Source of the DNA: an uncultured Candidatus Rokubacteria bacterium
GTDB lineage: Bacteria; Methylomirabilota; Methylomirabilia; Rokubacteriales; CSP1-6
Assembly: GCA_963747235.1 (NCBI GenBank)
Contig: CAVVEU010000040.1
Span: forward strand, 544,001 to 608,000
Length of the DNA: 64,000 bases
Reading direction: 5' to 3'
Positions within the stretch are counted from its first letter, which is position 1. Every line of letters begins with the position of its first letter. The translations under genes and the position numbers were made by a program. This document shows, one piece after another, positions 48,903 to 59,555 of the stretch. The notes under the pieces were generated by a model that saw only the letters and a list, made by a program, of their open reading frames with translations, did no database searches and was not told where the DNA came from.

Positions 48903-50267
48903 ATGCGGGCGATCAAGGTGACCGGGCTCCTGGTCATCCTGCAGTCCATCCTTGTCGTGGGCCTCTGGTGGCTGAGCGAGGAGTGGCTGACGCCGAAGGT
49001 GCCCACCGGCATCGAACGAGTCGCAGATCTGTACGCCGCGGCGGCCGGCCGCTTCATGATTGCGACCGACCAGCGAGCCCTCGACCTGCTGGTCAGGCAG
49101 GCCGCGGCGTGGCCGGAGATCGTATACGTCGGCGTCGAGGACGATCACGGGACAGTCCTCGCCCACACCGATCCGGCACGCGTCGGCAGGATCTGGAACG
49201 AAGCGATGCCAACCAGGATCCGGTCGAGAACGGGCACCCCGCCCCGCGAGATCGCGGTTCTCATACTGAATCCCGACCTGAAGGTCGGGCCGCCGGTCGG
49301 CCGGGTTCGGCTCGGCTATATCACGATCGACGACGGGGCGATCCTGCCGAGCGCGCTTGCCCAGGGCTCCGTCGTGCCGTTCCTCGTGATCACCATGGTG
49401 GCGACCATCCCGCTTGGTTGGCTGGTCATCGCTCTCACCAAGCCGTCGGGCCAGCGACCAAGTGAACCACCGGGTCCGCCGCTGGAGACTCTGGCCCAGG
49501 CCGCGTGGGCAAACCATGGCCAGTTTGTGACCGAGGTGCAGCGACTAAAGGTAGTACTCGCCGAGCGGGATGCGCAGGTCGCGCGACTCACAAAGAACTC
49601 GATCGACCCGTCCCATCAGCGCGCCATCCTGTCCATCACGCACGCGGTCCGGACCTCTCTCAGCAACATCCTCGGCTTCTCGAAGCTCCTCCTGCGAGAG
49701 CTCGACGGCGCGCTGACGGAGACTCAAACCGCCGATGTCCTGAACATCCAGCGCGCGGGCACCGAGCTGCTCGCCTTTGTCACCGCGCTCTCCGAGCTCA
49801 ACCGAGCCGAATCGGGACACATCCAGATCCAGCCCGAGGTGGTGGACGCGAGGGCGTTGCTGAACGAGCTCGCGTCGGAGTATCGATCGGTCCACTCCCT
49901 GGACATCACGGTGGAGTGTCCGGCCGAGTTTCCGATGGTACGGACGGATCGAACCCATCTCGGGCAGATCCTCCGTACGTTGACGATGCAGGCCTCGACG
50001 ATGAGTGGGCACGGAGAAATCGTGCTCAGACCACGGTCGAACGGCAAGACGGCCAACATCTCCGTCGCCTATCCGGGACGAATCATCTCGGACGAAGACA
50101 TGGCCACCATGTTCGCGGCAAAGGACGCGAGCGGAGGACGCATCGGCCTGACCCTGGCCCGATCACTCGCTATCCTCAACGGGGGCAACATCGGCGTCGA
50201 GAGCCAACCGGGACACGGTGTCGTGTTCACACTGACGGTGCCTATAGAGGAAGCGCACGCCGGGTAG
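48903..50267 (+). CDS. Membrane sensor histidine kinase-like protein with degenerate catalytic motifs
   Basis: Two TMs around a periplasmic domain; THAVRTSLSNILGFS HisKA-like; HATPase-like tail LNGGNIGVESQPGHG..FTLTVP. Confidence 0.8.
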   Translation: MRAIKVTGLLVILQSILVVGLWWLSEEWLTPKVPTGIERVADLYAAAAGRFMIATDQRALDLLVRQAAAWPEIVYVGVEDDHGTVLAHTDPARVGRIWNEAMPTRIRSRTGTPPREIAVLILNPDLKVGPPVGRVRLGYITIDDGAILPSALAQGSVVPFLVITMVATIPLGWLVIALTKPSGQRPSEPPGPPLETLAQAAWANHGQFVTEVQRLKVVLAERDAQVARLTKNSIDPSHQRAILSITHAVRTSLSNILGFSKLLLRELDGALTETQTADVLNIQRAGTELLAFVTALSELNRAESGHIQIQPEVVDARALLNELASEYRSVHSLDITVECPAEFPMVRTDRTHLGQILRTLTMQASTMSGHGEIVLRPRSNGKTANISVAYPGRIISDEDMATMFAAKDASGGRIGLTLARSLAILNGGNIGVESQPGHGVVFTLTVPIEEAHAG

Positions 50268-50305
50268 GCTGACCGGCGGCGTCTCCAGGGCAGAGGGGAC
50301 ACATC

Positions 50306-51793
50306 ATGGAAGACACGCTACTCTACATCGACTCGGAGCCGGCAATTCGGCTGCTCGTCCGCCGGGTCCTCAGCTCGGCTGGATTCCGTGTGCTCGAGGC
50401 CGAGAATCTCGCGTCCGGCCGCCAGCTCGCCGAGCAGGCGCGACCGGAGATCGTGCTGCTGGACGTGGATGGCGCGGACACGGCGGCGGACGGTCTCGTC
50501 CCAGCTTTTCGGAAATCGCCCGGAATGGAGCGGTCGGTCTTCCTCGCCTCCACCGCCGACGACCGGTCCGATCATACGGAGAACCTGGTGGCGTGCGGCT
50601 TCCAGGGGGTCCTGCTCAAGCCGCTCGACATCGACACCCTGGCCAAAGAGCTCAAGCCCTATCTGCCACCGAAAGCCGCGCCCACCCTGTCGGCGAGGCC
50701 GATGCACCCGGCCCCTTCCCCTCACGGTATCCGGTCACGCTGGCGGGTCAACTTCACCCCGATCATGGAGGGCCTCCTTCGCAACGTGTGTGCGGCCGAC
50801 GGGGTACTCGCCCTCCTGGACGAGGATCGAACAGCGCTGGTCGTGGTCGCCGCCTGTTCGATCCGGGTCACGGCTGATGGCTCACGGCTCGGAGCTGGAG
50901 TGCCGCTGACCACCGCCGAGTGGATCCGGCCTTCACTCAAGCGGGCCGAGCCCACGATGCTCAACCCCGATACGGTGAAGATCTCATCGCTGCTTTCCGA
51001 GGACTGCACGGCGGCCCTCGCTGTGCCCGTCACCAAGGACGGGGAGACGTACGGCCTGGTCATCCTCGGTGAGCGGCGCCGAGGCCGGTTCGTCTTCCCA
51101 CCCGCGCAGGTCGCCGAGAGTGTCGCCGAAACGTCGCGGATCGGCTCGATCCTGGCGGAAGCGGATCGGCTGGACGAGGCCATGGCCCGGAAACGCCAGG
51201 AGATGCAACGGATCCGGCTCGATGCGGGCCGGGCCGTCGCGGTCGCCGGGCATTCCGCCGCGGCCGTGAACGGAGAGCGGGCAGCCGTCATTGGTTTGAG
51301 CCTGAAGCTCGCGGAGCAGCTCAAGCTACCGCTGACCGAAGCGATCCTCCTCAATCAGGCGGTGGAGGCGTACGACCTCGGGCGGATGTGGATCGCGCAG
51401 GCCGTCCTTCCTCACGCCGGGCTCACGCCGGCCGCCTCTCAGGGGCTTCTCGAGGGACACGCGGACCACACGACGGCCATCCTGAGCGCGCTGGAGTGGC
51501 CACCGCCGGTTCTCGACCTCATCCGGGCGCACCGAGCGTGGTGGAGCGGCGAGGGTCAACCCGACGGCCCCGCCGGCCGCGATATCCCGCTGGCCGCCCG
51601 CATCATGGCCGTCACCACGGCGTACGAGACGCTGACCACCTGTCCCGGCCCTCACCGGGGCGCGCTGCGAAGTCGCGAGGCGATCGCCGAGCTGACCCGG
51701 GAGTCCGGGAGACGATTCGACCCCGACGTGGTCGGTGCACTCGCCGCCCTGCTCGACGAAAAGGGGGCGACGAGCGCAATTCACGTCCCTTGA
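50306..51793 (+). CDS. REC + GAF-like + degenerate HD-GYP protein
   Basis: Receiver LLD/STA/KP; ALAVPV..GLVILGE GAF-like; IPLAARIMAV..FDPDVV HD-GYP-like. Confidence 0.8.
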   Translation: MEDTLLYIDSEPAIRLLVRRVLSSAGFRVLEAENLASGRQLAEQARPEIVLLDVDGADTAADGLVPAFRKSPGMERSVFLASTADDRSDHTENLVACGFQGVLLKPLDIDTLAKELKPYLPPKAAPTLSARPMHPAPSPHGIRSRWRVNFTPIMEGLLRNVCAADGVLALLDEDRTALVVVAACSIRVTADGSRLGAGVPLTTAEWIRPSLKRAEPTMLNPDTVKISSLLSEDCTAALAVPVTKDGETYGLVILGERRRGRFVFPPAQVAESVAETSRIGSILAEADRLDEAMARKRQEMQRIRLDAGRAVAVAGHSAAAVNGERAAVIGLSLKLAEQLKLPLTEAILLNQAVEAYDLGRMWIAQAVLPHAGLTPAASQGLLEGHADHTTAILSALEWPPPVLDLIRAHRAWWSGEGQPDGPAGRDIPLAARIMAVTTAYETLTTCPGPHRGALRSREAIAELTRESGRRFDPDVVGALAALLDEKGATSAIHVP

Positions 51794-51818
51794 CCGCTCC
51801 CGGGCCTCCTACTAAGCT
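51790..51818 (+). promoter_or_regulatory. Sigma70-type promoter
   Basis: TTGACC-17 bp-TAAGCT. Confidence 0.55.
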
Positions 51819-52117
51819 CGTGGCACATGTCCGACCCTTCATGGCGCCCGTGCGGGGAGGCCCCTGGCATGGAGTGAGGCCTGGGTCGATTTCCTTCGCG
51901 CTTTACCGCCCCTGGTGCTGCTCATCTCGTTGTTCGCCGGACTGCCGGTCGCCGGGCTGGAGCTGGGCGGCTTCGCCTGCGTGGCCGTCGCCTTCTCGCT
52001 GATTCGGAAGTGAGCCTCGGCCCCGACCGCCTTCCGGACGAGAGCACGCAAGAGTAGAGTGTGCGCACCCGGGAAGACCGGAGCGGTTCCCGCGTGACCC
52101 GTGAGAGGAGAGGGACA

Positions 52118-53247
52118 ATGAAGACCTTCGCAAGCCTGGCCGGCGGGATCATGTTGACCCTGCTCATGGCCCTCGTCGGCGCCGCCGAGGCGGCCACGTT
52201 CGTCTACGTGTCGAACGCCGAAGACGGCGACATCGGGACCTATACCCTGCTGCCCGACGGGAGCCTGCTGCCCGGCGCGCGCGTCGCGGCCGGGAAACCG
52301 GTGATGCCGATGAGCGTCAGTCCCGACCGGCGCTTTCTCTACGCCGCGGTGCGCTCGAAGCCCTTCACGGTCATCACGTACGCCATCGACCGGAAGACCG
52401 GCGCGCTGGCCAAGCGGTCGGGCGCAGCCCTGGCCGAGAGCTTCCCGTACATCGCGGTGGACAAGACCGGAAGCTTCCTGCTCGGCGCGTCCTATGGCGG
52501 CCACCTCGTCAGCGTCAACGCGATCGGGAAGGACGGCAAGGTGTCCGACCCGAAGCAGGTGATCCCGACCGCCCGCAATGCCCACTCCATCATCACCGAC
52601 AACACCAACCGCTTCGTCTTCGTGCCGCACCTGGGCACCGACCAGATCTTCCAGTTCCGCTTCGACGCGAAGACCGGCCGGCTGACGGCGAACACCCCGC
52701 CGGTGGTCCAGATGAAGGCCGGGTCCGGCCCGCGCCACATCATCATGTCGCGCCGACAACAGGTTCGCCTACCTGCTCAACGAGCTGACGGCGACGGTGA
52801 CGACGCTCGTCGCTGGACGCGAAGACGGGCCTGCTGACCGAGGTGAGCTCGGCCTCGGCGCTGCCGGCCGACACCAAGCTCGTCCCCGGGGCGCCGCGCG
52901 GCCCTCGCCCGGGGCGCAATGTCGACAACGACATCTGGGCGTCCGACCTGCACCTCACGCCGGACGGCAAGTTCCTCTACGCCGCCGAGCGGACCAGCAG
53001 CTCGCTCGGCGCGTTCAGCGTGGATGCGGCCACCGGCAAGCTGACGTATCTCTCGAGCACGCCGACCGAGAATCAGCCGCGCGGCTTCGCCATCGATCCC
53101 AAGGGCCGCACCATGGTCGTGTCCGGCGAGAAATCGGACACCATCTCGGTCTACGCGATCGACCCGGCGAGCGGCGCCTTGTCGCTGCGGCAGAAGTACC
53201 CGACGGGCAAGGGCTCGAACTGGGTCGAGATCGTCAGCTTCGACTAG
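52118..53247 (+). CDS. Secreted 6-phosphogluconolactonase-family beta-propeller, frameshifted 52750-52815
   Basis: Signal peptide, FVYVSN, SPDRRFLYA, ASYGG, HLGTD, GSGPRH, QPRGFAIDP, GSNWV. Confidence 0.9.
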
Positions 53248-53305
53248 CGGGGCGTGCTGTTACACTCGCGGGCGCGGTTCGGCACGAACCGCCAAGGAGG
53301 ATGCG

Positions 53306-53765
53306 ATGCCGGTCGACAAGAGCGCCATCGGCAGGACGGGTGAGCCCGTGACCATGCACGTGGAGCGCGGCAAGATCCAGGAGTTCGCGCGCGCCATCAA
53401 GGACGATGATCCGCTGTACTACGACGAGGACCACGCGGCGAAAGAGGCCGGCGGCATCATGCCCCCGGTGACGTTCTTGCAGACGCGTCTCGCACTGGGA
53501 CGACGGGCGGGGCCGGCCGCGCCTGCCCTTCGACCTCAAACGCGTGCTGCACGGCGAGCAGGAGTTCGAGTTCCTCGCCCCCATCCACGCAGGCGACGTG
53601 CTGACCGCGGTGAGCCAGATCGTCGACGTGTACGAGAAGCCGGGCAAGCGCGGCGGCTCCATGACCTTCGCGGTGACGGAGACGGAGTACCGCAACGCCA
53701 AGGGCGCGCTGGTGGCCCGCGCGCGCGCCGTCGGCATCGAGACCGGCCAGGTCGTCAAGGACTGA
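53306..53765 (+). CDS. MaoC-like dehydratase, N-terminal/FAS1-type hotdog, frameshift near 53490
   Basis: VERGKIQEFARAI..PPVTF / LHGEQEFEF..GDVL. Confidence 0.85.
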
Positions 53766-53778
53766 GAGGGAGATCGCC

Positions 53779-54225
53779 ATGCCCGCGACCAAGCGCTTCT
53801 GGGAGGACGTCAAGGAGGGCGATACCCTGCCCGAGGTCCGCGTCGACAAGCTCACGCGGACCGACTTCGTGAAGTACGCCGGGGCCTCCGGCGACTTCAA
53901 CCCGATCCACCACGACCAGACCTTCGCGGAGGCCTCCGGGAACCCCACCGTGTTCGCCATGGGCATGCTCAACGCGAGCATCCTGAGCCGGGTGGTCACC
54001 GGGTTCGCGGGACGGCCCAACGTGCGGCGCTACAAGGTGCGCTTCTCGACGCGGGCCTGGCCGGGCGACGACGTGATCTGCCGGGGCAAGGTGACGCGCA
54101 AGCTCGAGCAGGGGGGCGAGAAGCTGGTGGAGGGCGAGCTCGAGGCGATCAACCAGAAGGGCGAGACCCTCATCAGCGGCAGCTTCGTCGCGGCGCTGCC
54201 GTCGCGCGGCTCCAGCGGCCGATGA
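53779..54225 (+). CDS. MaoC family dehydratase
   Basis: YAGASGDFNPIHHD..FAMGM hydratase motif. Confidence 0.9.
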   Translation: MPATKRFWEDVKEGDTLPEVRVDKLTRTDFVKYAGASGDFNPIHHDQTFAEASGNPTVFAMGMLNASILSRVVTGFAGRPNVRRYKVRFSTRAWPGDDVICRGKVTRKLEQGGEKLVEGELEAINQKGETLISGSFVAALPSRGSSGR

Positions 54226-55259
54226 AGCTCGGGCTCTCGATCGGGTACTCCGGCGCCCACCTCGACCTGCCGGTGGCGCGCGTGCAGCTCGCGGAGCGGC
54301 TGGGCTACGACTCGGTGTGGACGGCGGAGGCGTACGGCTCGGATGCCCTGACGCCGCTGGCCTATCTGGCCGCGGTGACGAGGCGCATCCGGCTCGGCAC
54401 CGGGATCATGCAGCTCGCCGCACGCACGCCCGCGGCGGCCGCGATGGCGGTGGCCACCATCGATGCGCTGGCCGGCGGCGGGCGCGTCATCGCGGGCCTC
54501 GGCGTGTCGGGCCCGCAGATCGTGGAGGGCTGGTACGGGCAGCCGTGGGGCAAGCCCTACTGGCGCCTGCGCGACTACGTGGCCATCATGAGGAAAGTCT
54601 TTGCCCGCAAGGCGCCCGTGCAGCACGAGGGCCGCGAGATCTCGCTCCCCTACACGGGTCCCGGCTCGGCCGGGCTGGCCAAGCCTCTGACGTCGATCCT
54701 GCACATGCGGCCGGACATCCCCATCTGGCTCGGCACGGGCGGCGAATCGACCGTGAAGCTCACCGCCGAGGTCGCGGACGGCTGGCTGCCGCTCGGCTTC
54801 ACGCCCGCCCGCATGAAGGCCTTCCGGCCCTGGCTGGACGAGGGGCTCCGCCGCGCCGGCGGCGGCAAGACGCTGCGCGACCTCGAGATCCAGCCGCGCG
54901 CCTTCGTGGTGCTGACCGACGACGTGCGCGAGGGGCTTCAGACCCTCAAGCCGCGCGTGGCGCTCTACGTCGGCGGCATGGGCCACCGCGACAAGAACTT
55001 CCACACCCAGGCCATGACCGCGAACGGCTACGGCCTGGCCGCCGAGCGCATCCAGGAACTCTATCTCGCCGGCCGCAAGGCGGAGGCGGTGGCCGCGGTG
55101 CCCGACGACTTCATCGACGAGGGTGCGCTGGTGGGGCCGAGAGACCGGATCCGCGAGCGCTTCCGCGCGTGGGCCGACAGCGGCGCAACCGGCCTCACCG
55201 TGGCCACGCAGCAGGACGAGGCCATCGAGCTGATGGCCGAACTGGCCGGGTGTCGATGA
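54222..55259 (+). CDS. LLM-class (F420-dependent-like) oxidoreductase
   Basis: WTAEAYGSDA, GLGVSGPQIVEGWYG, LYVGGMG. Confidence 0.9.
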   Translation: MKLGLSIGYSGAHLDLPVARVQLAERLGYDSVWTAEAYGSDALTPLAYLAAVTRRIRLGTGIMQLAARTPAAAAMAVATIDALAGGGRVIAGLGVSGPQIVEGWYGQPWGKPYWRLRDYVAIMRKVFARKAPVQHEGREISLPYTGPGSAGLAKPLTSILHMRPDIPIWLGTGGESTVKLTAEVADGWLPLGFTPARMKAFRPWLDEGLRRAGGGKTLRDLEIQPRAFVVLTDDVREGLQTLKPRVALYVGGMGHRDKNFHTQAMTANGYGLAAERIQELYLAGRKAEAVAAVPDDFIDEGALVGPRDRIRERFRAWADSGATGLTVATQQDEAIELMAELAGCR

Positions 55260-55283
55260 GGGCGCCGGCGCGGACGTAGCCGG

Positions 55284-56612
55284 TTGACGGGCGACCTCGG
55301 AGCCCAGGACCGGCTGGACGCCGCCTTCGCCCGTGAGGAGCGGCGGGGTCTGATGGTGGCGGCCGCCGCGCGCTCGGCGTCCGTGGTGTTCATCCTGGGC
55401 TGGCTCGCGGTGGCGACCCCCGAGCGCGGCCGGGCCTACGCCTGGGTCCTCGGCTCCGCGGCGATCTTCCTGGTGACCGGGCTCGCGCAGCTCTGGCTCT
55501 ACTTTCGTGGGCGGGCGCTGCGGCTGGCCGCCTACCTGTTGATCCTCGTGGACTCGCTGGCGCTGGCCGCGGTCCTCCTGCTCCCGAATCCCTACGTCGC
55601 CCCGGCGGTGCCGCCGGCGATACCGCTGCGCTACGCCACGTTCATGTACTTCTTCGTCCTGCTGATGCAGGCCGCGTTCTCGTTCCGGCCCCGACTGCTC
55701 CTGTGGACTGGACTCTGCGGGGCCGGCGCCTGGACGGCCGGCTTTCTGTGGATCCTGACCCGGCCCGAGACCATCACCGACCCGCCCGCCGGGGCCAGCC
55801 GCGACGCCATGCGCGCCGCCTATTTCGACCCGAACTACGCCTCGATGCTCAAGTACCAGAACGAGATCATCGTGTTCCTGCTCGTGAGCGCCGGGCTCGC
55901 GCTCCTGGTCCGGCGCTCGCGCACGCTGGTAGCGGAGCGGGCCGATGCCGAGCGTACCCGCGGCAACCTGGCCCGCTACTTCTCGCCCAAGGTGGTGGAG
56001 ACGCTGGCCGAGCGAGACGAGCCGCTGGGCCGCGTACGCCGGCAGGCGGTGGGCGTGCTCTTCGCCGACCTGGTGGGCTTCACGACGATGGCCGAGGAGA
56101 TGACACCGGAGGAGGTCATGGCGCTATTGCGGGACTTCCACGGCCGCATGGAAGAGGAAGTGTTCCGCCACGGCGGCTGCCTGGAGAAGTTCATCGGCGA
56201 CGCGCTGCTGGCCACGTTCGGCGTGCCCGACACCGGTCGCCGCGACGCCACCGACGCCCTGGCCTGCGCCCGCGGCATGCTGGCGGCCCTCGTGGCCTGG
56301 AACCTCGAGCGGGAGGCGGCCGGGCTGCGACCGCTGCAGATGGGGCTCGGACTGCACTACGGCCCGGTGGTGGCCGGCGATATCGGCAGCCGCCGCAACA
56401 TGGCCTTCGCGACGGTGGGCGACACCACCAACGTCACCAGCCGGCTGCAGGCGCTCACGCGCGAGCTCCGGGTCAGCCTCGTGGCCAGTGCCGCGCTCGT
56501 GGCCGCCGTCGAGCGTGAGGCGGCCGACCCCGTGCTCCTCCAGGGCCTGACGACGCGGGGCCCCACCGTGCTCCGGGGGCGCGACACGCCGATCGAGCTG
56601 TGGGCGGAGTAG
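55284..56612 (+). CDS. Membrane-bound class III adenylate/guanylate cyclase (start uncertain)
   Basis: Multiple TMs, LFADLVGFT, EKFIGDA, GLHYGPV, VGDTTNVTSRLQ. Confidence 0.92.
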   Translation: MTGDLGAQDRLDAAFAREERRGLMVAAAARSASVVFILGWLAVATPERGRAYAWVLGSAAIFLVTGLAQLWLYFRGRALRLAAYLLILVDSLALAAVLLLPNPYVAPAVPPAIPLRYATFMYFFVLLMQAAFSFRPRLLLWTGLCGAGAWTAGFLWILTRPETITDPPAGASRDAMRAAYFDPNYASMLKYQNEIIVFLLVSAGLALLVRRSRTLVAERADAERTRGNLARYFSPKVVETLAERDEPLGRVRRQAVGVLFADLVGFTTMAEEMTPEEVMALLRDFHGRMEEEVFRHGGCLEKFIGDALLATFGVPDTGRRDATDALACARGMLAALVAWNLEREAAGLRPLQMGLGLHYGPVVAGDIGSRRNMAFATVGDTTNVTSRLQALTRELRVSLVASAALVAAVEREAADPVLLQGLTTRGPTVLRGRDTPIELWAE

Positions 56613-56621
56613 CCGCGCCCC

Positions 56622-57644
56622 CTAAGCGCCTCGGGCGCGCGCGCGCAGCGCGGGGAATACGCGCGTGGCGAGAAGCTCGATGGTCCGCAGCACCTTGGCC
56701 TGCTCCATGCCCGGCCACTGGATCCGGAAGATGAAGGAGTTGACGCCCAGCCGCTCGGCGTAGCGTCGGATCTCGCGGACGGCGTCGTCGGGGTCGCCCA
56801 CGATGAAGCGATCCGCCACGAGCTCCTCGAACTCGTGGGCAAAGCTGTCGCCCTCGGGGAGCGCCTTGTCCTGGCCCCACGAGGCATAGGCCTTGTACTT
56901 GGCCTCGAGGAAGGGCCGGCACTCCTGCAGAGCCGTGCGGCGATCGGGAGCCACGTACAGCTCCTTGATGATCGGCAGCTCCGCCGGGAACGGGCGACCG
57001 GCCTCCCCGAGGGCCCGCCGGTACACGTCCATCTGTCGCTCGAGCACCGCGAGCTTGGCGTGCGGGTTGATGACCCAGGCGTCGCCCAGGCGCGCCGCGC
57101 GGACCACCGCGGTGTCGTTGTTGGCCGCGAACCAGATGGGCGGATGCGGCCGCTGCACCGGGCGCAGCATCATGTGCGCGTCGGTGAGGTGGAAGAAGCG
57201 CCCGTGGTGCGTCACCTTTTCGCCCGACCACAGCCGCTTGATGACCTCCAGGCTCTCGACCAGGCGCCCCACCCGCTCCTTGGGCGCGATCCCGAACGCC
57301 TCGTTCTCCTCGGCGCGATAGCCCAGCCCCACGCCGAAGATGAAGCGCCCCTCGGTGATGACGTCGAGCGTGGCCACCTGCTCGGCCACGTCCACCGGAT
57401 TGAGCAGCGGCAGCAGGATCACGGTGGCGCCCACGCGCATGGTCCCCGCCTCGGCGGCGAGCCGAGCGAGCGCGGGCAGGCTCTGCACCTCCTGGAACGG
57501 CGTCGAGAGGAAGTGCTGCCCCATCACGATGAGGTCGAAGCCGGCGTCGCGGGCGGCCCGGACCTGCTCGACGTGCTCCCGGAAGCGATCGACCATCGAC
57601 ACGCCCGGAGGATGTTGCTTGGAGACGATCAGGCCGAAGTTCAT
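56622..57644 (-). CDS. LLM-class oxidoreductase
   Basis: GQHF, PVDVAEQVATLD, GVGLGYR, PHPPIW. Confidence 0.9.
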   Translation of the reverse strand: MNFGLIVSKQHPPGVSMVDRFREHVEQVRAARDAGFDLIVMGQHFLSTPFQEVQSLPALARLAAEAGTMRVGATVILLPLLNPVDVAEQVATLDVITEGRFIFGVGLGYRAEENEAFGIAPKERVGRLVESLEVIKRLWSGEKVTHHGRFFHLTDAHMMLRPVQRPHPPIWFAANNDTAVVRAARLGDAWVINPHAKLAVLERQMDVYRRALGEAGRPFPAELPIIKELYVAPDRRTALQECRPFLEAKYKAYASWGQDKALPEGDSFAHEFEELVADRFIVGDPDDAVREIRRYAERLGVNSFIFRIQWPGMEQAKVLRTIELLATRVFPALRARARGA

Positions 57645-57680
57645 GTGGGCTCCTCGAGGGGTCACCGGGGGCGCGGGCGG

Positions 57681-59384
57681 TCACGCCATCTTGACGCGCG
57701 CCACGTCCTCCAGCCCCAGCTCCTTCACGCTGGTTTCGCGCATGACGAACTTCTGGATCTTGCCCGTCACCGTCATGGGGAAGCCATCGACGAACTTCAC
57801 GTGGCGCGGGATCTTGTAGTGGGCGATCTTGCCGCGGCAGTAGTCGCGGATCTCCTCGGCGGTGGCCTCCTGTCCCTCGCGCAGGCGCACCCACGCCATG
57901 ACCTCCTCGCCGAATCTGGCGTCGGGCACGCCGATGACCTGCACGTCCTGCACCTTGGGATGGCGGTAGAGGAACTCCTCGATCTCACGCGGGTAGACGT
58001 TCTCCCCGCCGCGGATGATCATGTCCTTGATCCGCCCGACGATGTTGAGATAGCCCTCCTCGTCCATCGTCGCGAGGTCGCCGGTGTGCATCCAGCGGGC
58101 GGCGTCGATGGCGCCGCGGGTGGCCTCGTCGTTGTTCCAGTAGCCGAGCATCACGCTGTAGCCCCGGGTGCACAGCTCGCCCTGGACGCCGGCGGGCACG
58201 ACCTGCCCGGTGGCGGGATCGACGACCTTGATCTGCACGTGGGGGTGCACCTGCCCGACGGTGCCCACCTGCTTGGTCAGGGGCGCTCCGATCCGGGTCT
58301 GGGTGCTCACCGGGCTCGTCTCGGTCATGCCGTAGGCGATGGCCACGTCGTCCATGTGCATGAGCTCCTTGACCTGCTTCATCACCTCCACCGGGCAGGG
58401 CGAGCCGGCCATGATCCCGGTGCGCAGGCTCGACAGGTCATAGCGCGCAAACTCCGGATGGTTGAGCGCGGCGATGAACATGGTCGGCACGCCGTAGAGG
58501 GCGGTGGCCCGCTCGGCCTGGGCGGCCTCGAGGACCGCGCCGGCCTCGAAGCCGCCGCTCGGATAGATCATGGTCGCGCCGTGGGTCACGCAGCCGAGGT
58601 TGCCCATGACCATCCCGAAACAGTGGTAGAGCGGCACCGGGATCAGGAGGCGGTCCCGGTCGGTGAAGCGCAGCAGCTCGGTGACGAAGTAGCCGTTGTT
58701 GAGAATGTTGTGATGGCTGAGGGTAGCGCCCTTGGGATAGCCGGTGGTGCCGCTCGTGTACTGGATGTTGATGGGGTCGTCGAACTCCTGCTCGCGCTGG
58801 CGCTCGGCGAGATCGCCGGCGCTCACCGACCGGGCCATGGCCAGCAGATCGTTCCACGGGAGCATGCCCGGAGACACGCTCTCGCCGAGACGCACCACCC
58901 CGCGGAGATCGGGGAGCTGGGCGGCGGCGAGGCTGCCGATCCGGCTCGCCGCGAGCTCGGGCGCCAGCTCGTGGATCATGCCCGTGTAGTCCGACGTCTT
59001 GAACTCCGGCGCGATGACCAGCCACGTGCAGCCGGAGTGGCGGAGGGCATACTGCACCTCGTTCCGGCGATAGCTCGGGTTGATGTTGACGAGGATCGCG
59101 CCGAGTTTGCTGGTGGCGAACTGCGCGATGGCCCACTCCGCGCAGTTGGGCGCCCAGATGCCGATGCGCTGCCCCTTCTCGACGCCGAGCGCCATCAGGG
59201 CCCGGGCGCACCGGTCGACCTCCTCCTTGAGCTGCCGGTAGCTGTAGCGCAGGTTCTGATGACGCGAGACCAGGGCCTCGTTGTCGGGATAGCGGTCGGC
59301 GATCTGGTCGAACATGTCGCCGATGGTGAGGCCGAGCAGGGGCACCTCGCTGACGCCGCTCACATAGCTCTTGCGTTCGGGCAT
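57681..59384 (-). CDS. AMP-binding acyl-CoA synthetase
   Basis: [46 protein letters not shown]. Confidence 0.95.
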   Translation of the reverse strand: MPERKSYVSGVSEVPLLGLTIGDMFDQIADRYPDNEALVSRHQNLRYSYRQLKEEVDRCARALMALGVEKGQRIGIWAPNCAEWAIAQFATSKLGAILVNINPSYRRNEVQYALRHSGCTWLVIAPEFKTSDYTGMIHELAPELAASRIGSLAAAQLPDLRGVVRLGESVSPGMLPWNDLLAMARSVSAGDLAERQREQEFDDPINIQYTSGTTGYPKGATLSHHNILNNGYFVTELLRFTDRDRLLIPVPLYHCFGMVMGNLGCVTHGATMIYPSGGFEAGAVLEAAQAERATALYGVPTMFIAALNHPEFARYDLSSLRTGIMAGSPCPVEVMKQVKELMHMDDVAIAYGMTETSPVSTQTRIGAPLTKQVGTVGQVHPHVQIKVVDPATGQVVPAGVQGELCTRGYSVMLGYWNNDEATRGAIDAARWMHTGDLATMDEEGYLNIVGRIKDMIIRGGENVYPREIEEFLYRHPKVQDVQVIGVPDARFGEEVMAWVRLREGQEATAEEIRDYCRGKIAHYKIPRHVKFVDGFPMTVTGKIQKFVMRETSVKELGLEDVARVKMA

Positions 59385-59555
59385 GGCCGGGCGCTCCTGT
59401 CGCTGAAGGTCCGCGCGCGGACGCGTCGTCAAGCCCGACGTGCGCGGCCTGGGCATACTGCCCCACCCGCCAAGCCAGGTCAAGGCATACAACCGGGATT
59501 GCTCGATCAACTACTCAGGAACCGGGTAAGATGCCGCCCCGGAGGACCTGAACGG

